A model generated the notes under the pieces. That model was not told the origin of the DNA. It saw nothing but the letters and a program-made list of their open reading frames with translations, and did no database searches. From Bacteroidales bacterium (GTDB lineage: Bacteria > Bacteroidota > Bacteroidia > Bacteroidales > JAEINX01), in NCBI GenBank assembly GCA_016342645.1, contig JAEINX010000001.1:34582-98581 (forward strand): a stretch of DNA of 64,000 bases. The letters run 5' to 3'. A program made the position numbers and the translations under genes. Below, one piece after another: positions 19,401 to 27,227 of this stretch (the first letter of the stretch is position 1; each line of letters starts with the position of its first letter).

Positions 19401-21217
19401 AATAACCAGTTTATTTTCCCTCCGATACTTTCGAAAACAGCGAAAATTTTATCGTTATGAATTACAACTTCATCTACCCCATCATGATCAACATCATTGT
19501 AAAAAGCAGCAGGGCCTGCCGAATATTGTCCGTCTGCCCATCGGGAGGCTTCGGCATAAACATTTGCATTTTTAATATGAGCGGAATAACGATGCTCCCA
19601 ATCGGCAATTTCTCCATCGGTATGCCAGCCGGTTTCATGTAGATTAATCATAAGAATATACCAGGCAAGTTGAGCCAAATTATTATCGGGGGCTGTCATA
19701 ATGTTATTATAAGCATCGCTCCAAACGTATCCATAATTCCATTTAGGTTCATGAAAATCGGAATGAGAAGCTGTTGAAGCCCAATTTATATACCAGCTAT
19801 TATTGCTTCCGCCATATCCTCCTTCACCACCGAGAAGACCGTAAGTTCCGGGTGTGATCTCAGCACCTGTACCATTAAAATCGGAATTCATCATAGCATC
19901 TTCTAATTTCCAAACATTAACACCCGGATAATTATCATGGCAATACCATAAAACACTTTCATAATTGTCGAGGAAGAAAGTTCCGTCATGTTCATTCATT
20001 TCGGCAGCAACTTCCCAATCGGTTCCATAAACGCAAATATTATATTGTCCGATACCTGCAATTTGATTCTTTGCTGCCGTAGCATTATAATGCATATTAC
20101 CAACAAAGGTATTATTAATAGGGATAACTCTTAAATCCACTCCCGAACCATTATTCATCCAATGTATCTTCCGGTTATCGTAGCCGTTAAGATGAGGCCC
20201 GTCATCCAAAACCACTCCCCAAACACCGTGTTGTTGCCAATTGTCGCCAAGCCAGTCAATCACTCCTGCATCGGGATAACTTCCCGGTGCAAGCCATACA
20301 CGCTCGGGAATCCAGGCTGTACGGGGTTCATAATTATACCTATAATCAACCATATCGCATTCAACACCTACCGACCAATTATTCATATTGTTATTGGTAA
20401 AGGGCATAATATGTTGCCCGAGAGCAGAGGTCATCATTGAAACAATGCCCTGTGAGGCAAGGTTAGTCAGCCAATCATTAAATTCAGGATTATGCCATTG
20501 TGCGGCAGGCATCAATGTGCCTGACATATGAAAATTTCCCGGAGTTGAAGTTGCCTCGTGTACCTGTAAAACTTCATCGAAACCACTACCTTCCAAACCA
20601 CTTTGTCCGTTGGGGCTACCATAAAAAACTTCAGTATATGTGAGTCCCTGATTGCCGTGATGGACAAAGGCACAATTTCCGTTTGCATCAATATTTTTTC
20701 CGTTGGAATGGAAATCATCAGCTTGTTTTCCATCAACAAATATTGTTAAATGAAATTCCATATCCTCAGGTTTTGTATCTGATGCAATATTGGTTTGCAT
20801 TTCCCAAAGATTTAAGTCGGGTGTACGCAGTTGATAAGTTTCATCTTTTGACATTTCCTTTATTTTTAGATCGAAATGCCTGTCAAGAATTATATTTTCA
20901 TTGAATTTATTATTTATTTTTAATTCAAGAAATACATCTGAATTTTCAAAAAGGTCTTCAACAATCTCGTTATGGTTTCTGATAACCATATTATCGAAGG
21001 TAATTCTAAGAAATAATTGTTCGCCATCGGTTTTAGCAAAAACCGAACTGATATCTCCTGTTTGGGTATTACAATCCCCAATTTCATCAAAATCTATAAT
21101 ATCGGATTTCCCCCAAAATTTCACATCTCCGCTAATAATTTGTCCAAAAGATAACTTAGCTGAAAAAGACAGTAAAATTATCATTATAAAAAAGTAAAAA
21201 AGTTTGTTTTTTTTCAT
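16487..21217 (-). CDS. Giant secreted GH57-like glycoside hydrolase with Ig-like domains, shared cassette and T9SS CTD
   Basis: Signal peptide. FVHHGNQ, WIPERVW and VLDDGPH resemble GH57 conserved regions I, III (nucleophile Glu) and IV (acid/base Asp). Ig/PKD-like segments follow, then cassette A/B, the GGNAAD domain and a CTD (LSFYPNP...YYVKI). Confidence 0.6.
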   Translation of the reverse strand: MKKNKLFYFFIMIILLSFSAKLSFGQIISGDVKFWGKSDIIDFDEIGDCNTQTGDISSVFAKTDGEQLFLRITFDNMVIRNHNEIVEDLFENSDVFLELKINNKFNENIILDRHFDLKIKEMSKDETYQLRTPDLNLWEMQTNIASDTKPEDMEFHLTIFVDGKQADDFHSNGKNIDANGNCAFVHHGNQGLTYTEVFYGSPNGQSGLEGSGFDEVLQVHEATSTPGNFHMSGTLMPAAQWHNPEFNDWLTNLASQGIVSMMTSALGQHIMPFTNNNMNNWSVGVECDMVDYRYNYEPRTAWIPERVWLAPGSYPDAGVIDWLGDNWQQHGVWGVVLDDGPHLNGYDNRKIHWMNNGSGVDLRVIPINNTFVGNMHYNATAAKNQIAGIGQYNICVYGTDWEVAAEMNEHDGTFFLDNYESVLWYCHDNYPGVNVWKLEDAMMNSDFNGTGAEITPGTYGLLGGEGGYGGSNNSWYINWASTASHSDFHEPKWNYGYVWSDAYNNIMTAPDNNLAQLAWYILMINLHETGWHTDGEIADWEHRYSAHIKNANVYAEASRWADGQYSAGPAAFYNDVDHDGVDEVVIHNDKIFAVFESIGGKINWLFYKNDMGVAYSVVGSDMAYWAETDGDYNENSNNHVAALSDVYPNQQNSIYEIDILQSSGDIARVNFSQSGVNKTIELTSEVNYLDVYYDFFDGNGYIKSGWSPGLMDLIWSGKDHIQRIWGDYGSYCGQRNSASGATVALILGNGGANHNIEFEGTLVKGDEITGYNQFNTRLFAGPTSTPSGTVVPELNILAAQNMDFIPPQLNDLAFQIDQNTVELTFSEAVDLATSQNITNYSLVSFSNNYTLVSAVRQSDWRKVHLNIQENWIPGDAGQIIAENIMDLNGNQIEGENIANFTTLSGSTPHSVNIDGTNDFDPETELMDFDEYSVFITWDDQNLYIGFYEFDLNSEGDLFVNIDTDQISGSGASTGSWGRVDFADPFLPEYQVAIEGGGGSIQLNKWEAKGWQYPGGAGCNSYEGWQENGLTEISIPWNSLNNPQGIVISVHISEEDNQIIPKSFPLGNSTGNHPTLSKVYAFFEPYVSTTMPVSGMTPNQAFVLPNLPPEIISYEPEQLNISMQLGETIDFSIVASDPENDNLIYSWMFDDELVSEISSYSILAEESNVGEHTLTAIVSDNVPNNQTDEIIWQIEILPGTHMLEFDLNAGYQIISSNLIPDNPEMVQVLSDILNSNLDFVRNSEGNMLRKIGPVWVNGIGDWITTEGYLVKMNSADSFEVAGEFIDPQTPIGLLSGYQFISYLRTNQMDALVAFNDVLDNLNFVRNSSGNMLRKIGPVWVNGIGNLNQKEGYLVKMNDSDILIYPDSKEKFAGAENLKPVHFDFEGGNAADPVFTIYVSGLEIGDEIAAFEGNNIIGAVKINSQNVFDNELSVFSTTNSEGGYKSGNQIILKVWDFSTQSIIPFEYEMISDNDEAYIEKVYPTDDGFYSVINVEKSLSSINSQKEKLSFYPNPARDIIYFLPADSRLSITIFNSLGEQLLFKSDISHSINISDLKTGVYYVKIQSDNNFKIQKLIIL
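16736..17614 (-). repeat. Shared C-terminal cassette copy 2 (A+B 17126-17614, GGNAAD domain 16736-17086)
   Basis: FVRNSEGNMLRKIGPVWVNGIGDW and FVRNSSGNMLRKIGPVWVNGIGNL, then FDFEGGNAADPVFTIYVSGLEIGDEIAAF. Confidence 0.85.
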
Positions 21218-21392
21218 AAGAGTTTAAATTATTGAATATCAAAAATATTCCCTATTAATTATTACAAAAATAATAAAAATTCAGGTTTTGATAATTAAAA
21301 AACTATAAATTTATTTTTTTAGTATAAAAGTTTTTTTTTAATTTCGTTCTTTAAAAATTGAAAATATTGGATTGTTAATTGAATTTATAGTT

Positions 21393-23324
21393 ATGAAAAA
21401 ATTGATACTAGTATTATTTATATTTGTTTCAATCGAAGGGTTTTCGACAATATCTTGGATGGGTAATCATTCAGCAAATCAATCAAGTAGTTCTCAAGAT
21501 GTAACATTTTATGTTGAAATGTATGATAATTATGACGGGTGTCATGCAGAAGTAGGTATATATTATAACGATTCTTGGAATTTACACACAATGTCTTATC
21601 AAGGTCCAAGTGGTAATAATTCAACTTGGTCCGTTACTTTTACTGTACCATCTGGTTCTCATAACTATTACTATCATGGTTGGGATGATTGGGGAGCGAA
21701 TGTTTGGGATAATAATGGTGGTTCTAATTATACTATAAATGTTATTGCTGCAACAACCACAACTGATGGAAACTGGAATACTGGAAGTACATGGAGTTGG
21801 GGAGTTGTTCCAACAAGTGATGATATAGTAATAAATAATAATGTTAATTTAGATATTGATGTATCCATTTCCTCTTTAACTATTAATTCAGGTAAATCGT
21901 TGACAATAAATCAAGGTAAAGGTCTAACAGTTTCTGGAACACTTACAAATAGTGCAGGAGAAAGTGGGTTAGTAATTTATTCAGATGCCACAGGAAGCGG
22001 CTCCCTTATAACAGACCAAGCTGTTTCCGTAACTTGTCAAAGATATATTCCTCAATTTAGTAAAGGCACAACCGGCATGCATTTTCTTTCTTCACCTGTT
22101 GCTGCTCAAAATATAAGTACTGAGTTCTTTAATGTAGCAACACCGGTACCGACTGGAGTGGATTTTTTCTACTTTAATGAAGAACATAATTACTGGATAA
22201 ATATTAAAAATGGAACTGCTTATAACCAGGGAGCAACATGGGAACACTTTTCCAATGATGCTAATCCTTCATTTACAGTTGGAAAAGGTTATCTCGTTGG
22301 TTATAATACAAATGTAACAAAAGATTTTGCCGGTACGTTAAATACAGGAAATAAAACTCCGACCATAACTTATACATCTGGAGAAGGAGATGGATGGAAT
22401 TTGATTGGAAATCCTTACCCATCGGCTATAGATTGGGATGAGGAAACCTGGAGTCGTACAAATGTTGACGGGACTGTTTATGTATATGACGGAACAGCAG
22501 GTCAATACATTAGCTGGAATGGCACAACAGGAGGTTTGGATGGAGGAATTATTCCTGCAATGCAGGGCTTTTTAGTAAAAGCAAATGCTGCATCTCCTTC
22601 AATAACAATTCCCACGGCATCACGAGTACATAGTTCTCAGGCTTATTATAAATCATCTGAAACAATTAAAGACCTTTTAGTATTGAATGCAGCAGGAAAC
22701 GATTATGAAGATAATATTTATATTAATTTTAACGAAAATGCAAGTATCGGTTTTGACAACGAATTTGATGCTTATAAACGTTTTGGAACAGAAGAAGCAC
22801 CACAATTTTATTCAATAATTCCTGATGATATTCTATCTATAAATGTGTTACCCTATTCGGATGAGGAGGTACTAATACCATTAGGATTGGAAGTAGGGAC
22901 TGAAGGCGAATATGTGATATCTGTTAAGGAAAATACGTTTATTGAAACTGTACAAATTTATTTTGAAGATTTGGAAAACGGGGAAAAAACAGAACTGAAA
23001 ACCTCTACAAGTTATGCGTTTACTTCACATCCTGACGATGATCCTGAACGTTTTATGCTTCACTTTTTTGGTGTAAGTGGAATTGAAAACTCATATCAAA
23101 CGAATGAAAGACAATTCTATGTTTATAATAACACTATAAATATTATTAGCGAAGAATTGCAATCAGGAACAATACAAGTTTTCGATATGCTTGGCCAAAA
23201 AGTAATGGAAAAAGAATATTCAGGCCACGATAATTCAATAAATCTTAATTTACTTCCTGCTATTTATATTGTTAGAATAATTTCAGGAGAAAATATAGTT
23301 AGCGGGAAAATTCACATTGATTAA
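21393..23324 (+). CDS. T9SS-secreted protein, N-terminal CBM25/53-like beta-sandwich, unknown central domain (paralog 1)
   Basis: Signal peptide from the ATG at 21393 (the track begins at TTG 21372). VWDNNGGSNYTINV resembles the end of CBM25/53 starch-binding modules. The GWNLIGNPYPSAIDW core and the T9SS CTD ...IYIVRIISGENIVSGKIHID follow. Confidence 0.75.
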   Translation: MKKLILVLFIFVSIEGFSTISWMGNHSANQSSSSQDVTFYVEMYDNYDGCHAEVGIYYNDSWNLHTMSYQGPSGNNSTWSVTFTVPSGSHNYYYHGWDDWGANVWDNNGGSNYTINVIAATTTTDGNWNTGSTWSWGVVPTSDDIVINNNVNLDIDVSISSLTINSGKSLTINQGKGLTVSGTLTNSAGESGLVIYSDATGSGSLITDQAVSVTCQRYIPQFSKGTTGMHFLSSPVAAQNISTEFFNVATPVPTGVDFFYFNEEHNYWINIKNGTAYNQGATWEHFSNDANPSFTVGKGYLVGYNTNVTKDFAGTLNTGNKTPTITYTSGEGDGWNLIGNPYPSAIDWDEETWSRTNVDGTVYVYDGTAGQYISWNGTTGGLDGGIIPAMQGFLVKANAASPSITIPTASRVHSSQAYYKSSETIKDLLVLNAAGNDYEDNIYINFNENASIGFDNEFDAYKRFGTEEAPQFYSIIPDDILSINVLPYSDEEVLIPLGLEVGTEGEYVISVKENTFIETVQIYFEDLENGEKTELKTSTSYAFTSHPDDDPERFMLHFFGVSGIENSYQTNERQFYVYNNTINIISEELQSGTIQVFDMLGQKVMEKEYSGHDNSINLNLLPAIYIVRIISGENIVSGKIHID

Positions 23325-23344
23325 AAAACTTGAAAAATATAATT

Positions 23345-23581
23345 ATGAAAACCAAATTTAGAATATTAATATTAAGCTTTTTAATAGCAGGAGCTACCTT
23401 GATTTCATCAAACATTTCTGCTCAAACCGATCCCCCTCCACCTCCTCCCTCGGGACATGGAGGATCAACAAATCAAACTCCGGGTGGCAGTGCACCAGTT
23501 GGAAGTGGGCTATTTATTCTTATTGGTTTAGGTGCCATTTATGGATCGAAAAAATATATTTCTAAAAAGAAGAAAGACTAA
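23345..23581 (+). CDS. Small protein: signal peptide + PPPPPPSGHGGS Pro/Gly-rich linker + TM helix + Lys-rich tail (paralog 1)
   Basis: MKTKFRILILSFLIAGATLISSNISAQ / TDPPPPPPSGHGGSTNQTPGGSAPVGSG / LFILIGLGAIYG / SKKYISKKKKD. ATG at 23345 (the track begins at TTG 23330), 20 nt after the upstream stop. Confidence 0.65.
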   Translation: MKTKFRILILSFLIAGATLISSNISAQTDPPPPPPSGHGGSTNQTPGGSAPVGSGLFILIGLGAIYGSKKYISKKKKD

Positions 23582-23606
23582 AGTTATTAATTAAAAAATT
23601 ACAATC

Positions 23607-25538
23607 ATGAAAAAATTTACTTTTTTACTTTTGTTATTGTTTTTATATGCAGCGACTCAGGCCTTGCCATGGGGGCATCGTTATGATGTAGAGCAAGCTA
23701 ATCAAAACATTACAGTTGATATTAATACTTCTTTCAGAGTTTCAGTTGAATGGGGTGAAGGTGATTGGGATGGTGCAATGGGTTCTGCATTTGGATATGG
23801 AACTTCAACTGATGGTACTAATTGGACATGGATTGAATTACCATGGTTTGAAGATGGCGAAGGAAGTAATAAAAGATGTAGAGCCGATGTAAGCATTAGT
23901 ACTCCGGGTAAATATTATTACGCTTATCGAATGATTAAAGCTGCTAATGGCGGTACATCATATTCATTTGGTAGTACTGATTGGGCGGAAAATTTGGCAG
24001 ACCTTAATGCCACATCTACCATTATTGTAGGTGAGGTAAGTAAAACTGACGGTAGCTGGGCAAATCCTGATACATGGGAAGATGGTACAAAACCTACAAA
24101 TTCCGATAATGTAGCTATTATGCATGATGTAAATATTTCTTCAAACGGAGAAGCAAAATCATTATATGTTTATTCAGGCAAAATATTTACAATTGAAGAT
24201 AATGGAAATATAACAATTACTGATGATCTAACAAATAATGGAACTTTCACAATTCAATCTAACCTTGATGGTACCGGTTCACTTATTACAACCAACGGAC
24301 CAATATCAGGAAGTGTTACTTTTCAAAGATATATTGTTGGGTATCCGGATGCAACTCATGGATGGCATTTTCTGTCCTCGCCTATTGAAACATTTAATAT
24401 TGCAGGTTCTGCATTTGATCCCGGTGCTGATGATGTAGTATATGGATGGGATGAAACAACAGGTATTTGGATGAATTCAAAAGCCGGTGATCCAACTCAA
24501 ATTGTATCGGGCACAGGTTACCTTACATCATGGAAATCAACCGACACAAAGAATTTTTCCGGCAACCTGAATAATTCTAATATACCCAAGTCAAATCTTT
24601 CATTTACAGATGGAAGTTCATATTCCGGCTGGCATTTGCTTGGAAATCCATTTCCATGCGCCTTATTATGGGATGCAACTTCGTGGAGCCGTTCAAATGT
24701 AAATGCTAATGCAAAAATTTGGAATGAAAGTAATGCAAGTTATTCCGATATCTCACAGAACGGAATCATACCTGCTACGCAAGGATTTATGGTTTATGTT
24801 ACCGGAAGTACAAACTCTTTGACCATTCCAACAGCTGACAGAACACATAACTCACAAGCATGGTACAAAGATGTAGATGTAAATACGATAAAACTTACAG
24901 CGATTGATCCTGAAGGAAGTACAGCACAAGAAAGCATAATAAAATTCAACGAAAATTCAACTACAGGATTTGATAATGAATTTGATTCTTACTTCCTTGC
25001 CGGATATGCTCCACAATTTTATTCAGTCATTAATGATGTAATTGCTGTTTCAACAAATACTTTACCTGAAATCTCAGAACAATTAAGTATTCCTTTCAGC
25101 TTTATAAAAAATTCATCTTCTAACTTTTATATTGAAGCTGAAGGCCTTGAAAATATTTTCCCCCAAACCTTAGTTTCGTTAGTTGATTTAAAAACAAACA
25201 CTACTCAAAATCTATTGGAAAATCCTGTTTATACTTTTGAATCTTCAGAAGGTGATGATGCTGAAAGGTTTTTAATACAATTTGGTGTTCTGGGCCTTGA
25301 AGAAGAAAACCTTGAAAATAAATTGAATTTCTACATTTACAACAATACTCTTAACATTGTTAATAACGACTTGCAAGCCGGCACAATACAACTTTTCGAT
25401 ATGATAGGCCAAAAAGTTATGGAGAAAAATTATTCAAGTGCTGATAACTCAATTAACATTAATTTACCTTCTGCTTATTATATTGTAAGAATAATTTCAG
25501 GAAAAAATATTGTTAATGGTAAAATACATATTGATTAA
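23607..25538 (+). CDS. T9SS-secreted protein (paralog 2 of 21393-23324)
   Basis: Same architecture with colinear motifs (GWHFLSSP, GWHLLGNPFPCALLWD, IPATQGFMV, TIPTADRTH) and a near-identical CTD ...YYIVRIISGKNIVNGKIHID. Confidence 0.75.
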   Translation: MKKFTFLLLLLFLYAATQALPWGHRYDVEQANQNITVDINTSFRVSVEWGEGDWDGAMGSAFGYGTSTDGTNWTWIELPWFEDGEGSNKRCRADVSISTPGKYYYAYRMIKAANGGTSYSFGSTDWAENLADLNATSTIIVGEVSKTDGSWANPDTWEDGTKPTNSDNVAIMHDVNISSNGEAKSLYVYSGKIFTIEDNGNITITDDLTNNGTFTIQSNLDGTGSLITTNGPISGSVTFQRYIVGYPDATHGWHFLSSPIETFNIAGSAFDPGADDVVYGWDETTGIWMNSKAGDPTQIVSGTGYLTSWKSTDTKNFSGNLNNSNIPKSNLSFTDGSSYSGWHLLGNPFPCALLWDATSWSRSNVNANAKIWNESNASYSDISQNGIIPATQGFMVYVTGSTNSLTIPTADRTHNSQAWYKDVDVNTIKLTAIDPEGSTAQESIIKFNENSTTGFDNEFDSYFLAGYAPQFYSVINDVIAVSTNTLPEISEQLSIPFSFIKNSSSNFYIEAEGLENIFPQTLVSLVDLKTNTTQNLLENPVYTFESSEGDDAERFLIQFGVLGLEEENLENKLNFYIYNNTLNIVNNDLQAGTIQLFDMIGQKVMEKNYSSADNSININLPSAYYIVRIISGKNIVNGKIHID

Positions 25539-25559
25539 AAATACTAAAAATATATAATT

Positions 25560-25796
25560 ATGAAAACCAAATTGAAAATTTTTGCAATAACTTTATTAGT
25601 AGCAGGTGCTACTTTGATGTCATCAAATATTAATGCCCAAACCGATCCTCCTCCTCCCCCGCCCTCTGGACATGGAGGCTCAAGCAATCAACCCCCAGGT
25701 GGTGGTGCACCAATTGGTGGTGGCTTATTTATACTACTTGGATTAGGTGTAGTTTATGGAGCAAAAAAATTGATTGTTAAGAAAGAAAAAGAGTAA
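25560..25796 (+). CDS. Small signal-peptide / Pro-Gly-rich / TM / Lys-rich protein (paralog 2)
   Basis: MKTKLKIFAITLLVAGATLMSSNINAQ / TDPPPPPPSGHGGSSNQPPGGGAPIGGG / LFILLGLGVVYG / AKKLIVKKEKE. It starts 21 nt after the upstream stop. Confidence 0.65.
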   Translation: MKTKLKIFAITLLVAGATLMSSNINAQTDPPPPPPSGHGGSSNQPPGGGAPIGGGLFILLGLGVVYGAKKLIVKKEKE

Positions 25797-25803
25797 GGTT
25801 TTA

Positions 25804-25884
25804 GATGGAATGTTGGAGTGGTGGAATAATGGAAAACAAACTCACAAGGTTTAAGTAACTTTCCACCATTCCACTACTCCATTC
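25804..25884 (+). other. Long imperfect hairpin (about 21-bp stem, 24-nt loop) downstream of the small gene
   Basis: Left arm ttggagtggtggaataatggaaa pairs with right arm tttccaccattccactactccaa-like sequence, with a 2-nt internal mismatch. A third attccactcc copy at 25905-25914 could pair alternatively. Confidence 0.5.
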
Positions 25885-26016
25885 TGCCAATAATTTTAGT
25901 TTTAATTCCACTCCGAAAAGGCATTTTTAATCATCTGGAATGTTTCTTTTTTCCTAATACTTAATAATTCTTCTTATAAGTTTTTCTTAACTTGCCGGCA
26001 AATTTCAATCAATTAA

Positions 26017-27141
26017 ATGAACGGAATTTATATTCATATTCCTTTTTGCCGTCAGAAATGTAATTATTGTAATTTCTTTTCAATAGCTTCATTGAGATAT
26101 AACTCTGATTTTATTAAGGCTTTGCTGATTGAAATTAAATTACAAAAAGAATATTTTTCGCATGAAAAAATTAAAACAATTTACTTTGGAGGGGGAACTC
26201 CTTCGATGCTTTCCATAGGTGAAATCAATTCAATTCTTAATGCAATAAATGATTCATTTTCGATCGAAAAAAATACTGAGATTACAATAGAAGCCAATCC
26301 CGATGATCTTAGTGTTGAGAAAATCATTGAATTGAAAAACTCTTCTATTAATCGGATAAGTGTAGGTATTCAATCCTTTAACGATGATGATCTGCATTAT
26401 TTAAACCGGAAACATAATTCGGAACAAGCTAAAAATTCCATTCCTCTATTGAAGGATTTTGGTTTTGAAAATATTAGTATTGACTTGATTTACGGAATTC
26501 CAACTCTTACCGAAAAAAATTGGGATAAAAACCTTGACATTTTTTTTTCAATGGAAATCCCTCATCTGTCAGCTTATTCATTAACAGTTGAAAAAAAAAC
26601 AATTCTTGATAATTTGATCAGAAAAGGAAAAGCAGAAAATATCAGCGAGAGCCAAAGTATTCAGCATTTTAAACATTTAATAAACCGAATGGAAGAAAAA
26701 AATTATATTCATTATGAAATATCTAATTTCAGTAAGCCCGATTGCTATTCAAAGCATAACAGTATTTATTGGACAGGTGGGAAATATCTCGGTTTAGGGC
26801 CTTCGGCACACTCATTTAATGGGAATTCGCGGCAATGGAATGTTGCAAATCTTTCAAAATATATTCAGAGTTTAAAAAATGAAAACGTTCCGGCAGAAAT
26901 TGAAATTCTAAATAAAAATCGAAAATATAATGAGTATATTATGACTTCCTTAAGAACAATTTGGGGTTGTAAAGAAGACATAATTAAAGAAAAATTCGGC
27001 GAAAACTATCTAAATAATTTTTTAAAAACATCTGAGAAACATCTCCAGAACAGGACATTAATTTTTCAAAATGAAAAATATATTTTAACAAAATCAGGAA
27101 AATTATTTGCTGATGGAATAGCCAGCGATTTTTTTATTTAA
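26017..27141 (+). CDS. hemW: Radical SAM heme chaperone HemW (oxygen-independent coproporphyrinogen oxidase-like)
   Basis: IYIHIPFCRQKCNYCNF radical-SAM CxxxCxxC motif, about 374 aa, with a HemN_C-like tail. Confidence 0.85.
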   Translation: MNGIYIHIPFCRQKCNYCNFFSIASLRYNSDFIKALLIEIKLQKEYFSHEKIKTIYFGGGTPSMLSIGEINSILNAINDSFSIEKNTEITIEANPDDLSVEKIIELKNSSINRISVGIQSFNDDDLHYLNRKHNSEQAKNSIPLLKDFGFENISIDLIYGIPTLTEKNWDKNLDIFFSMEIPHLSAYSLTVEKKTILDNLIRKGKAENISESQSIQHFKHLINRMEEKNYIHYEISNFSKPDCYSKHNSIYWTGGKYLGLGPSAHSFNGNSRQWNVANLSKYIQSLKNENVPAEIEILNKNRKYNEYIMTSLRTIWGCKEDIIKEKFGENYLNNFLKTSEKHLQNRTLIFQNEKYILTKSGKLFADGIASDFFI

Positions 27142-27227
27142 GCATCTATTCATTTTAATCCGGGAATCTATTTAATTAAAAACTCACAATATTTTTTTAA
27201 ATTTGCTGCTAATTTCAAAGAATAAAA

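Noticed and set aside
18118-21197. Plus-strand ORFs 18118-18417, 19291-19575, 19457-19642, 20162-20440, 20683-20904 and 20901-21197, and the minus-frame ORF 20512-20739
   Set aside because: All are embedded in or antisense to the 1576-aa GH57-like gene, and none has recognisable motifs. The same reasoning applies to the short antisense ORFs listed inside the other giant genes (for example 13825-14013, 36193-36375, 40026-40271, 41057-41284, 43311-43493, 44312-44545, 46784-47014, 52898-53323, 53038-53244, 56423-56647 and 58096-58308).
21240-21247. Bacteroidetes -7 promoter boxes (TAnnTTTG), for example TATTTTTG upstream of 21217 and TATATTTG (38993-39000) upstream of the ATPase gene
   Set aside because: The motif is expected frequently by chance in such AT-rich intergenic DNA. 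Without 5'-end data I do not report them as features.
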